This document shows positions 17,289 to 27,111 of a stretch of 64,000 bases of DNA, piece by piece (the first letter of the stretch is position 1; each line of letters begins with the position of its first letter). Position numbers and translations under genes: made by a program. The notes below the pieces were generated by a model. It was not told the origin of the DNA. It saw only the letters and a list, made by a program, of their open reading frames with translations, and ran no database searches. This DNA comes from Bacteroidota bacterium (GTDB lineage: Bacteria; Bacteroidota; Bacteroidia; B-17B0; Aurantibacillaceae). The DNA lies in NCBI GenBank assembly GCA_013697245.1, contig JACCXH010000047.1, positions 2,645 through 66,644 on the forward strand. The letters run 5' to 3'.

Positions 17289-18743
17289 ATGAAAACTAAA
17301 TTCTTATCCATCCTTCTTATTACTTCGGTAATAACAATTAAAGCCCAACAGGTTCAAGTTAGGCAAGCCTTACCTTTTACTAAAATAGAAACTCACGGTT
17401 CGGTTAATGTAATTTATACCAGTTCCGATAGCTTAGAAGTAAAAGTAAGCGCAGCCGACAAAGAAATTGATAACGTTGAGACAAAATTCGAGAATTCAAC
17501 CCTTATCATTCATAATAAAGGGCGTTTTACCTCTCCTGTTACTGTGTATGTAAAAAATGCAAAGTTAAGCGATATACAAAGTAGCGGAGCAACCAATTTT
17601 AGAACAACTAACATTCTTAAAGTTGACTCTATTAATTTTAGTGTTTCAGGATCTGCTGATGTGAAAGTAATGGTTGAAGCGCGTTCTATCCGCTCCATAC
17701 AAAGCGGCGCAAGTGACCTTAAGTTAACCGGTACATCAACCAATTTATTTGCAGAGCTTTCGGGCGCTACTACCTTAAAGGCTTACGAACTTTCTGCTAA
17801 CAAAGCAAACGTACTTACTACAGGAGCTTCAACTGCCAAAATTTTTGTGAATGAAAAATTAATTGCCAACGCAAGTGGCGCCAGCAGCATAAAAATAAAA
17901 GGCGAGGCCAAAGATATTAGTGCAGAAGCCACCCCAGCAGCAAGTATTACCAAAACATTTGAGCAGGCCAAGGCCGGTAAAGCTGGCGGCAAAGATACAA
18001 CCGTGTATAATTGGAAGGGTACAAGAGTAATTATTATTGGCGCTGATAAAGACGTGGATATTACCGACAGCATTAAAAGAAAACACACATATGATGAAGA
18101 TGACTTTGATCATTGGGCAGGTTTTTCAATGGGAGTTAACGGGTATATGGGCTCTAATGGAAGTATTACCATGCCTAAAGCAACAAATTATATGGATCTT
18201 GATTATGGTCGCAGTTTTAACTTTCAATTTAATTTGGTTGAACGCCATCTTAATCTAGTAAAACATCATTTAAAACTAGTAACAGGTTTTGGTTTTGATT
18301 ATCATTCATACGCCTTTAACCGACATACCATTTTAAACCCCAATGCCGATAGTTTAGGCGCATTTGCAATGGTTGACAGTTCAAATTTATACAGTTACAA
18401 TAAAAACAAGTTCAGAGCTACTTATATTCAGGTACCATTATTGGTAGAGTTTAACACTAGTAACAACCCTAACAAATCGTTCCATATGGCTTTTGGTGTA
18501 GTGGGGCAATATCTTATCTCATCGCGCACCAAGCAAGAACTGGGGCAAAACGATTTTGAATTTACCAAACAAAGGAAAGACAGTTATAACCTTAGTCCCT
18601 TTGCCGCAAAAGCACTGGTAAATATTGGCTACAGAGGCTTTACGGTTTTTGGCGAATATGGTCTTACATCTATGTTTCAATCGGGTAAAGGGCCTGACCT
18701 GCACCCATTTACTGTAGGTATAAGATTAATTCCCTTTAGTTAA
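17289..18743 (+). CDS. Head GIN (DUF2807-like) domain fused to a C-terminal outer-membrane beta-barrel; start at ATG 17289
   Basis: Signal peptide MKTKFLSILL..., SG(A/S)xxxx beta-helix repeats, then amphipathic strands ending GIRLIPFS. Confidence 0.75.
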   Translation: MKTKFLSILLITSVITIKAQQVQVRQALPFTKIETHGSVNVIYTSSDSLEVKVSAADKEIDNVETKFENSTLIIHNKGRFTSPVTVYVKNAKLSDIQSSGATNFRTTNILKVDSINFSVSGSADVKVMVEARSIRSIQSGASDLKLTGTSTNLFAELSGATTLKAYELSANKANVLTTGASTAKIFVNEKLIANASGASSIKIKGEAKDISAEATPAASITKTFEQAKAGKAGGKDTTVYNWKGTRVIIIGADKDVDITDSIKRKHTYDEDDFDHWAGFSMGVNGYMGSNGSITMPKATNYMDLDYGRSFNFQFNLVERHLNLVKHHLKLVTGFGFDYHSYAFNRHTILNPNADSLGAFAMVDSSNLYSYNKNKFRATYIQVPLLVEFNTSNNPNKSFHMAFGVVGQYLISSRTKQELGQNDFEFTKQRKDSYNLSPFAAKALVNIGYRGFTVFGEYGLTSMFQSGKGPDLHPFTVGIRLIPFS

Positions 18744-18762
18744 AACTTAAAAAAACAAAATT

Positions 18763-18795
18763 AAAGCCTGTTTTACATCTAAAACAGGCTTTTTT
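18763..18795 (+). terminator. Rho-independent terminator
   Basis: 13-bp perfect stem AAAGCCTGTTTTA/TAAAACAGGCTTT, 4-nt loop, T-run. Confidence 0.85.
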
Positions 18796-18836
18796 ATTAC
18801 TCTTACAGCAATTTTTTTATCTTTGGCAAAGTTCTT

Positions 18837-19691
18837 ATGGAAGACAAAAAATTTATAGACGTAGAGAAGATCTTAAAGGAAAAAGCCTATAAATTATACA
18901 GATGGTTACCCCGCTTTGCCATTAACTGGCTTAAGAAAAAACTGCATGAAGATGATATAAATTCTGCGATGGCGCATCTTGGCAATGCACAGGGGCTTGA
19001 CTTTAATGCGAAAGGCCTAAAAAGAGTAGGTGCGGAAGTAGAATCTGTTAATGCGCATTTAGTACCAAAAGATGGAAAAGTAACCATTGCTTCTAATCAT
19101 CCTTTAGGCGGATTGGATGGTATGGCCCTGATTAAAGCAGTTGGTGAAATAAGACCTGATGTACGTTTTTTTGTAAATGACGTTCTAAAAAACTTAAAAA
19201 ATTATGGCGAAGTATTTGTTGCTGTAAATAAATTGGGTGCCTCGTCTGCAGGTTCTTTGCGCGTAATGGAAGAAGTGTTCAGGGGGGTAAATGCTGTATT
19301 GATCTTTCCTTCCGGATTGGTTTCCCGCAAACAAAATGGTTTAGTACGCGATCTTAAATGGCGCAAAAGCTTTGTAACACAATCTATTGATCATAAACGC
19401 ATGGTTCAGCCGGTGTTTATTGAAGGCGAGAACTCTAAATTCTTTTATAGTTTTGCCCAATGGCGCAAACGCTTAGGTATTAAAGCAAATATAGAGATGT
19501 TGTTTTTGCCCGATGAGATGTTTATGGCCAATAAAAAAACCATCCGCATTCACTTTAGTAAACCTTTTGATGCCACTAAAGTATTTGATAGCAGTAGATC
19601 GCACAGGCAATGGTCTGACCTTGTATACAAATTCATTTACTCGCCCGAGTTTATGAAAGGGGTTACTTTTGAGGAATATATTAAGCTTTAA
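18837..19691 (+). CDS. Phospholipid/glycerol acyltransferase family protein
   Basis: NHPLGGLDG (HxxxxD) and IFPSG motifs; TATCTTTG box at 18818-18825. Confidence 0.85.
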   Translation: MEDKKFIDVEKILKEKAYKLYRWLPRFAINWLKKKLHEDDINSAMAHLGNAQGLDFNAKGLKRVGAEVESVNAHLVPKDGKVTIASNHPLGGLDGMALIKAVGEIRPDVRFFVNDVLKNLKNYGEVFVAVNKLGASSAGSLRVMEEVFRGVNAVLIFPSGLVSRKQNGLVRDLKWRKSFVTQSIDHKRMVQPVFIEGENSKFFYSFAQWRKRLGIKANIEMLFLPDEMFMANKKTIRIHFSKPFDATKVFDSSRSHRQWSDLVYKFIYSPEFMKGVTFEEYIKL

Positions 19692-19692
19692 T

Positions 19693-22600
19693 TTAACGGA
19701 TCAGGTTCACGTGCCCTGCGGTTGTAGTTAATTTACTACCAAAAGTTTTGTAACTAAGTTTGTAAACATATACATCTTGCTCACAATCCTGGCCTTTAAA
19801 TTTGCCATTCCAGCCTAGAGTTATATCGGTTGAGGTAAATAATTTCTCACCCCACCGATCAAATATTTCTAAAGTAATGTCAGAAAAACCAAACCCAGAA
19901 ATATAAAAAATATCGTTTAAGCCATCACCGTTTGGTGTAAAGGTGTTTGGAACATATAAAACGTTTTCGCGGCTAACATCAATACATACTTCATCAGTAG
20001 CGCGGCACCCATAACCGTTAATGGCTTCTATCACGTAACAGCTATTTTTAATAGGAAATATTTGTGTGCTTGGGCAATCGGCGCAGGAAATATCGTCACC
20101 AGAGATCCATTTTAAAGTACCATCACCAATTGCTGTAATTATCATCGGTTCTTTTAAATTAAAGCTGGTATCTCTGCCGGCAAAAACAGTGGGTTTGGGA
20201 TTTACATGTACCAAAACGGTTGCCGTTGTGCCGCAATAACCATTATTTGAAACAGTTACACTATATACAGATGTAGCATTCGGGCTTACCACCACACCAA
20301 AATCAGTAGAGTTGCTTAAACCTTGATTGGGTGCCCAGTTAAAGGTATTGCCACCACTTACAGTTAATACAGCTTCATCTCCTTCGCAGATAGTAACATT
20401 TCCCGATGTAAAAGGCACAGCATAAGGTAAAACATTTACAGAGTAGGTAGTTTGCTGCACGCAGCTTATTATACCAATAGTGTTTACACCAACAAGGGTA
20501 AAGTTGGTTGCTGAGGTTGGAGATGCTATAACAACCGAACCGTTAGTATTGGAAAGTAAGCTGGCAGGCAACCAACTGTAAGTTTGTGCGCCTGAAGCAT
20601 TTAAAGTTAAGGTGGAGCCAAAACAGACCTTGTTGTCAATGGCAGTAATAGCAGGCGCCGGCTGAGGTACTAAATTGATTGGAATAGAATTTGTGCCCGA
20701 GCAATTCCCATTACTTCCTGTAACTGTATAAACACTATTAACCACAGGCGTTGCAATTACAGAGTAATCTAAAGTGGAGTTTAAACTAATTGAAGGTGCC
20801 CATGTATAGGTTGTAGCTCCACTAGCAGTAAGCGTTGCACTTTGACCGATACAAATTAGTGGGTTATTAGTAATAACATTAATAATAGGCAAAGGCACAA
20901 CTGTAACTTCTACTGCAGTTCTGGTTCCTGTTATTCCACATGAAGGATCATCAATATAAAAAGTGGTGGTTGTAAAAAGCGGAGAAGTGCTGTAATTTGG
21001 TGATGACCCTAGCAGTGTACCACCGGTTGGTGCATTATACCAATCAAGATTACAGGTTAACGAAGAGCTTAAAATAGTGCTGTTGCCCGCGCAGATTGTC
21101 ATTAAAGGAAGCGGTGTTAAATTTGGCGGTATAACAGGAACACAGGGATTAAATTTAACAAGAAATGCATCCCTAGTACCGCCACCATATATCGGCTGAT
21201 GACTTATAGTGGTAGTTATTACTGTACCGGTGGAATTGGAGGTGAAGCCGGATAAAAAAATATTCCCGGTGGATTGTTCTACACAGCCACAACCATACCC
21301 TTCAGCACCAGTGCCGCCATAGTAGGTCCCCCATTTGCGAACTCCACTGTTGCTAAATTTGGCAGCATAATTGTCGTCAGCCCCCCCAAATACATCCTGA
21401 TAGGTACAAGGTGTGGCAATAGCGTTTCCGGAAGAGGTGGATGTTGTTCCAAATAAATAAATGTTTCCGGCTATATCAAAATCTATATTACCGTCATAAT
21501 CGGCTCCAGATCCTCCATAATAAGTAGCCCACTGCCTTACGCCAGCAAGGGTAAAATTAGCTATAAATGCATCCTGGCTGCCAGCGTAAATTGGCTGGTG
21601 AGTGCCGGGGGTGGCAATTACGGTACCTGTTCCGGTGGAAGTATTTCCACAAGAATAAATTTGATTATTATTTATTTTTACTACCCATAGTGCATCATTT
21701 CCGGCTCCACCATAATATGTTCCCCATTGCATTAGCCCTGATGCGTCATACTTTGCCAAGAAGCCGTCGGAAAGACCTCCCGAGTTTGGTTGATGACTGC
21801 CGGGGGTTGACATATTTGTACTGGTAGTACAAGTTGTTACGCCTGGCATATACACATTACCCAAAGCATCAACAGCACACACCCCCGGGTCTTCGCGGCC
21901 TGTACCACCATAAAGTGTGCCCCACAAACGAACACCTGCAGCGGTGAATTTCACAAGAAAAGCATCTCCCTGTCCTCCTCCGTTAAAAGCTTGCTGGCAA
22001 CCTGGTGTTGTAACACCTGTGCCGCTTGCGGTTGACGATAAACCTGTCATGTAAACATTTGCACCATCTGAGACACAACCATAGGCCCATTCATATCCTG
22101 GGCCTCCATAAAAAGTGCCCCAAAGTCTTACGCCATTTGGATCGAACTTAACCAGAAATGCATCGCTTGTTCCATTTGCCGGTGGGCCACCACCTGAAAC
22201 AGGTTGATGAGATCCGGGTGTTGCAATTACCAATGGGTTTGTTGCAGAAGTGCCTCCCACCATATAAATATTTCCGCTTCCATCAACACAAGCACAATTC
22301 GCAAAATCATTCGAGGCATCTCCATAGTATGTTCCCCACTGACGAACACCTGCTGAATTAAATTTCACTATAAAAGCATCCCCCCAATTAGCTCCTCCGG
22401 CATAGGCAGTTTGTTGAGCACCAATTGTTGCTATACTGGTAAGATTAGTGGATTTCGTTTCGCCACTTAAATAAACATTACCAAACAAATCATTTACAGG
22501 ATTATTTGCCCAATCTTCTAAAAGTCCACCATAATAAGTTCCCCAAGCTCGAATAAGTGGATCTATTATAAATGATCTTGATGGGTCAATATTCTTTATA

Positions 22601-23316
22601 TCAAAAGTAACTATGTTTTTATTGATCGCCCATTTTGATACAAGCTGATTACCATTTTGTATAACATATGGTGCGGCTTCTGTTAATTCTCCCAAGGGTG
22701 TTTTAATAATTAATTCGCCTTTTTTATTGATGGAAATTTTTTCTGCCCCTTTAAACTCCAATTGAATTTGTCTATAGTTGGCGCCCGGAGCTACAATGTA
22801 ATCGTATTTTAGATTGCCGTTTTTTTCGTACCATTTCAAATCTATGCCATTGTATAATTGTTGGTATGTAACCTGTTTGTAGCTTTTTACATTCAGTGCA
22901 CCTTGTGGACAAACTTCCAGATAATAATTATCATAACCTTCAACAGCGTTTTCTTTTTTAATGATAGAATTTGTATTGGCATTTAACCAGTTAATATCTA
23001 ACCTGTATACTGTTGACCGGTCAGGCACTTCTTTTAGTTCTTTGGTAGGTCCGGCTCTATGCGAAACTTCTTCTTTTTTCCAGGAATCAACCCTGTTTAA
23101 CTGGTAAGAAATACCATTGTTCTTTAGATGAAAAACTAACTTACCATCGGTACCCGAAAACAGAACATCCGGCCGTGGTTTGTAGAACTGATCGCTTACC
23201 TGGCCTTTATTTTCTTTAAAACATAATGCCGAACTTGGTTTAGGATCGTTTACAGCGGCTAAACTATTTACATAAAATGTAAAAAAAAGCAATATCCTTT
23301 GTAAGTTTTGTTTCAT
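19693..23316 (-). CDS. T9SS type B cargo: DUF7948-like N-domain, SBBP beta-propeller repeats, Ig-like repeats, gliding-motility CTD
   Basis: FKENKGQ, repeated WGTYYGG...DAF(L/I)xKF units, and CTD LYVPNTFTPNGDGLND...IFDRWG...GHVNLIR. Confidence 0.85.
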   Translation of the reverse strand: MKQNLQRILLFFTFYVNSLAAVNDPKPSSALCFKENKGQVSDQFYKPRPDVLFSGTDGKLVFHLKNNGISYQLNRVDSWKKEEVSHRAGPTKELKEVPDRSTVYRLDINWLNANTNSIIKKENAVEGYDNYYLEVCPQGALNVKSYKQVTYQQLYNGIDLKWYEKNGNLKYDYIVAPGANYRQIQLEFKGAEKISINKKGELIIKTPLGELTEAAPYVIQNGNQLVSKWAINKNIVTFDIKNIDPSRSFIIDPLIRAWGTYYGGLLEDWANNPVNDLFGNVYLSGETKSTNLTSIATIGAQQTAYAGGANWGDAFIVKFNSAGVRQWGTYYGDASNDFANCACVDGSGNIYMVGGTSATNPLVIATPGSHQPVSGGGPPANGTSDAFLVKFDPNGVRLWGTFYGGPGYEWAYGCVSDGANVYMTGLSSTASGTGVTTPGCQQAFNGGGQGDAFLVKFTAAGVRLWGTLYGGTGREDPGVCAVDALGNVYMPGVTTCTTSTNMSTPGSHQPNSGGLSDGFLAKYDASGLMQWGTYYGGAGNDALWVVKINNNQIYSCGNTSTGTGTVIATPGTHQPIYAGSQDAFIANFTLAGVRQWATYYGGSGADYDGNIDFDIAGNIYLFGTTSTSSGNAIATPCTYQDVFGGADDNYAAKFSNSGVRKWGTYYGGTGAEGYGCGCVEQSTGNIFLSGFTSNSTGTVITTTISHQPIYGGGTRDAFLVKFNPCVPVIPPNLTPLPLMTICAGNSTILSSSLTCNLDWYNAPTGGTLLGSSPNYSTSPLFTTTTFYIDDPSCGITGTRTAVEVTVVPLPIINVITNNPLICIGQSATLTASGATTYTWAPSISLNSTLDYSVIATPVVNSVYTVTGSNGNCSGTNSIPINLVPQPAPAITAIDNKVCFGSTLTLNASGAQTYSWLPASLLSNTNGSVVIASPTSATNFTLVGVNTIGIISCVQQTTYSVNVLPYAVPFTSGNVTICEGDEAVLTVSGGNTFNWAPNQGLSNSTDFGVVVSPNATSVYSVTVSNNGYCGTTATVLVHVNPKPTVFAGRDTSFNLKEPMIITAIGDGTLKWISGDDISCADCPSTQIFPIKNSCYVIEAINGYGCRATDEVCIDVSRENVLYVPNTFTPNGDGLNDIFYISGFGFSDITLEIFDRWGEKLFTSTDITLGWNGKFKGQDCEQDVYVYKLSYKTFGSKLTTTAGHVNLIR

Positions 23317-23511
23317 TCGTCTAAAAGGCCAATATAAATTTAACCAATTATTGGGGATAAAAACCTTGTTTTTAATAACTGGTAAGACCTAGGCAATAAG
23401 TGGCCAATTATTTGTAAATAGGCTTAAACATTAGTATTAAGTGTAAAAACTTAGGAAACTGCATTTTCTTGTAAAAGTGCTTCTATTTTAGCTTAAATTT
23501 GTAATACCCAC

Positions 23512-23811
23512 ATGAAAGACATTTTTTTAGTACATATTATGTTACCGGAAGTTTTTACTCCAAAATTTTGGGACCTTGTGCCAAAACAAACAAAAAGAAT
23601 TAATGATCTTTTAGAGAGCCGTGTTATTTTAAATTATTCTTTAGACATGGAACGTAAGAATGTTTGGGTGTTTATTGAAGCTAAGGATGAAAAAGCGGTA
23701 ATGGATATTTTAAGCACCTTTCCTATTATTAAAGACGTTTCGGTTAAAATTCATGAGCTGGCATTTTATGATGCCGCACCTATTGGCCTTCCTGAGCTGA
23801 TCATGAACTAA
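23512..23811 (+). CDS. Muconolactone delta-isomerase-like small protein
   Basis: 99 aa ferredoxin-like pattern (NYSLDMERKNVWVFIEA...ILSTFPI); TAAATTTG box at 23494-23501. Confidence 0.55.
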   Translation: MKDIFLVHIMLPEVFTPKFWDLVPKQTKRINDLLESRVILNYSLDMERKNVWVFIEAKDEKAVMDILSTFPIIKDVSVKIHELAFYDAAPIGLPELIMN

Positions 23812-23878
23812 TTTTTTTTCATAAGTCTTTTATCTTTCATCCCCTTTTAAAGTTTTTCAATAAAACGTATATTTGAAC

Positions 23879-24577
23879 ATGGCAACAAAAAAGCAGGTTA
23901 AAGACTATTACGACACCTTTAAAGAGCATCAAAAGCAATTAGGCATTAACATTCGTCACCGTACCATTTTTAAAAATCTAAAGCAAGCCGGCTTAAAACC
24001 CAATTCAAATGTGTTGGAAATTGGCTGTGGCATTGGCACAGTAAGCCATCTTATTTTAAAATATATTACCGAAGGCAGTTTTGTTGGCCTGGATATTAGT
24101 CCGGAAAGCATAAACATGGCAAAAACCTTTAATGCATTTCATAAAAAAGCAGAGTTTTTGGTAAATGACATGAGCAATTTTACGTACAAAACAAAGTTCG
24201 ACTTTATTGTGTTTCCTGATGTTTTAGAACATATTCCTGTTGATCAACATGCCAACATTTTTGAAACGGTTTCTAAATTAAGCAGTGATAAAGCTGTTAT
24301 TTTAATAAATATTCCCGAACCAAATTATTTGAACTGGGTGCGTGAGAATGATCCGAAAAAATTACAGATCATTGATCAATCATTATCTATGCAGGATCTT
24401 TTAAATAATTCTTATCCATTTGGGTTTAAATTATACTCCATGAATCCATATTCATTGCATTACGATGTAAATGATTATTTGAGCGTTGTTCTAAAAAAAG
24501 ACCCAAGTGTAAAAACAGTTAATTTGAAAGGAAAATTAACGCGTGCCATAGAGAATACCAAAAGTAAACTGGCTTAA
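23879..24577 (+). CDS. Class I SAM-dependent methyltransferase
   Basis: VLEIGCGIG, GLDIS and DVLEHIP motifs; TATATTTG box 3 nt upstream of ATG 23879. Confidence 0.85.
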   Translation: MATKKQVKDYYDTFKEHQKQLGINIRHRTIFKNLKQAGLKPNSNVLEIGCGIGTVSHLILKYITEGSFVGLDISPESINMAKTFNAFHKKAEFLVNDMSNFTYKTKFDFIVFPDVLEHIPVDQHANIFETVSKLSSDKAVILINIPEPNYLNWVRENDPKKLQIIDQSLSMQDLLNNSYPFGFKLYSMNPYSLHYDVNDYLSVVLKKDPSVKTVNLKGKLTRAIENTKSKLA

Positions 24578-24582
24578 GCAGA

Positions 24583-25629
24583 TTGAAAGAAAAGCTATTA
24601 TATTTTCATGCAGGCCGCTCTTCCTTTGTAATGAAAGATATTGAGATTTTGCAGGAAAAATATGATGTTAAAGAATTTTTCTTTGATACTACAACAAAAT
24701 CCAACTATATTTTTCAATTTATAAAACAGAAATTATTTATTCTTGCAAATATTTTTGGCGCTAAATTAATTGTTTGTCAGTTTGCGGGCCATTATTCTTT
24801 TTTACCCATATTGTACGCCAAATTATTTTATAAAAGATCGGTCATAGTGGCCGGAGGCACAGATTGTGTGGCTTTTCCATCCATTAATTATGGTAATTTT
24901 AATACCCGGTTGATGCGCTTTACAACAAGTTTCTCGTTTAAAAATTGCGATCTTATTTTACCGGTTCATCAAACATTGGTAGAGTATGATTACACATATC
25001 AACCAAACGACTTTCCAAAACAGGGCTTTACCTATTTTATTAAAGGCCTTAAAACAAAAGTTGAGGTGATTCATAACGGTTACGATAGTAAAAAATGGTT
25101 TTGTAATTCGGTAAAAGAAAAAGCATCTTTCATAACAATAGGGGCAGGGCTGGGATCGAGGTTTGGTTTTAATTTAAAAGGCATTGATCTGATTTTTGAA
25201 ATTGCGCCAAAATTTCCAGAGACTTTTTTTTATATTGTTGGCGGGTCTTCTATCAAAACTAAAGCCCCTGCCAATGTTAAATTATTAGAAAATATACCGA
25301 ATGATCAAATTCAACCGTTATTAAGCAAAATGCAATTCTATCTTCAATTATCTTTATCAGAAGGCTTTCCAAATGCTTTGTCGGAAGGGATGTTATGTGA
25401 ATGCGTGCCAATTGTATCAAACGTTGGCGGTATGCCCGAGATTGTTAGCGATTGCGGTTACATCTTAAAACACAAGAATATAGATGAGCTTGAAAGTTTA
25501 ATTCGATCGGCTTTAAACAATAACGATGTTAATACATTAGGTAAAAAAGCCCGCAAACGTATTGAAGAAAATTATACGTTTGATAGCAGAAAGAATAAAT
25601 TGTTATCTGCATTAAAAAAATTGGTTTAA
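24583..25629 (+). CDS. Glycosyltransferase family 4 (GT-B)
   Basis: SEGFPNALSEGMLCECVPIVSNVGGMPEIV motif. Confidence 0.85.
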   Translation: MKEKLLYFHAGRSSFVMKDIEILQEKYDVKEFFFDTTTKSNYIFQFIKQKLFILANIFGAKLIVCQFAGHYSFLPILYAKLFYKRSVIVAGGTDCVAFPSINYGNFNTRLMRFTTSFSFKNCDLILPVHQTLVEYDYTYQPNDFPKQGFTYFIKGLKTKVEVIHNGYDSKKWFCNSVKEKASFITIGAGLGSRFGFNLKGIDLIFEIAPKFPETFFYIVGGSSIKTKAPANVKLLENIPNDQIQPLLSKMQFYLQLSLSEGFPNALSEGMLCECVPIVSNVGGMPEIVSDCGYILKHKNIDELESLIRSALNNNDVNTLGKKARKRIEENYTFDSRKNKLLSALKKLV

Positions 25630-27108
25630 GTGGGTGTCATAAAGCGGCAAGGAATAAAAAACACAATTATTACCTATATAGGTATAATTATTGGCGCTGT
25701 TAATATTATTTTTATTCAACCCAAACTTTTAAGCGAAGAAGAGCTTGGGTTAACCCGTTTACTTTACGATTTTGCATATCTTATAGGTTTAGCGGTACCA
25801 TTAGGTTTACCCAACATTATTGTAAAATATTTCCCCTTCTTTAAAGATAAAGAAAACAAACACAATGGTTTTGCAGGTTTTGTTTTGCTGATATTTTTAT
25901 TTGGTTTTATTATTTCGGCAATATTGCTGCTGGTATTAAAACCTACAATAACTTCTTATTATTTGAAAGATGCCGCATTATTTGTGAATTATTTTAGTTT
26001 TATCATTCCATTTACTTTTATTGTATCGGCCATAACCATTACAACAGCTTATTGTCAGGCTTTGTTTAAATCTACCATCCCATCATTTTTAAATGATATT
26101 TGTTTGCGTTTAGGAACCGTACTTATTACAATTTTATATTTTAATAAAGTTATTTCGCTCGATCAATACGTTTATTTTTTTATCGGGCTTTATGCCATAG
26201 AGCTTTTGATCATTATATTCTATATTCTTTTAGTAGATAAAATTTCGTTCATACCAAATAAAGACCTGTTTCGTAAATACTCTGCCAAACAAATGCTGAG
26301 GTTTGGTTTGTTATTGTGCTTAGCCTCTTTCGCTTCAATAGCACTGCGTAAAATTGATGTAATTATTTTGGGTAGTACCGATCTTAAGCTGGTTGCGGTT
26401 TATACGACAGCTATTTTTATCGCCTCGTTTATAGAAGTGCCGTTGGGAGCTTTAGAACGCATTAGCCATACTAAAATAGCCGATAATTTTGCGAATAATA
26501 ACCTTGTCGAAATTGAAAAGATCTATAAAGATTCTGTAAAATATTTATTATTAATAGGCGGGTTTTTATTTATTGGCATTAACACCTGCACAAAATATGT
26601 TTATGAACTGGGTAAACTGCCCGATTCCTATCACGATTGCATTAATGTTGTTTACATTGTTAGTATTGGTGCATTAATTAATATTTCCACCGGTGTTAAT
26701 TCTGCCATTATGTTCTATTCAAAACATTATGTGCTTGGAACAATCTTATTGGTAATAACTTTAATAATAACCATACTGTTGAATGTTATTCTAATTCCAC
26801 TGTTTGGCATCTATGGTGCAGCAATTGCTTCGGTGGCTGCTTCATTAATATACAACCTGGTTAAATTCGTATTTATTTACCGCAAATTTAAATTTCAACC
26901 CTACACTTCTAAATCATTTTTTATTTTTTTGATAATTATTACATGCACTTTTATCGGTTATTTTTTTCCGGAAGTAAGTAACAATTCGTTCGTGAATTTA
27001 TTTTTAAAAGGCAGTGTTGTTGCCGGAATTTATATAATAGCAACTTACAAGCTAAAGTTAGCTCCTGAAATTTTTACTGCAATAAAATTAAGATTTTTAA
27101 AAAAGTAA
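25630..27108 (+). CDS. Polysaccharide flippase (Wzx/MOP family)
   Basis: About 12-14 TM helices; MGVIKRQG...TIITYIG start and LIPLFGIYGAAIAS. Confidence 0.85.
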   Translation: MGVIKRQGIKNTIITYIGIIIGAVNIIFIQPKLLSEEELGLTRLLYDFAYLIGLAVPLGLPNIIVKYFPFFKDKENKHNGFAGFVLLIFLFGFIISAILLLVLKPTITSYYLKDAALFVNYFSFIIPFTFIVSAITITTAYCQALFKSTIPSFLNDICLRLGTVLITILYFNKVISLDQYVYFFIGLYAIELLIIIFYILLVDKISFIPNKDLFRKYSAKQMLRFGLLLCLASFASIALRKIDVIILGSTDLKLVAVYTTAIFIASFIEVPLGALERISHTKIADNFANNNLVEIEKIYKDSVKYLLLIGGFLFIGINTCTKYVYELGKLPDSYHDCINVVYIVSIGALINISTGVNSAIMFYSKHYVLGTILLVITLIITILLNVILIPLFGIYGAAIASVAASLIYNLVKFVFIYRKFKFQPYTSKSFFIFLIIITCTFIGYFFPEVSNNSFVNLFLKGSVVAGIYIIATYKLKLAPEIFTAIKLRFLKK

Positions 27109-27111
27109 TTT

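Noticed and set aside
19693-22560. Repeated WGTYYGG-coding units as a possible CRISPR array or DGR template
   Set aside because: They are degenerate in-frame protein repeats with no constant DNA repeat, spacers, cas genes or reverse transcriptase.
23317-23511. CCAATTATT repeated at 23344 and 23404 as a possible LytTR-type site
   Set aside because: The 60-nt spacing does not match the ~21-22-nt LytTR periodicity, and a chance match in AT-rich DNA is likely.
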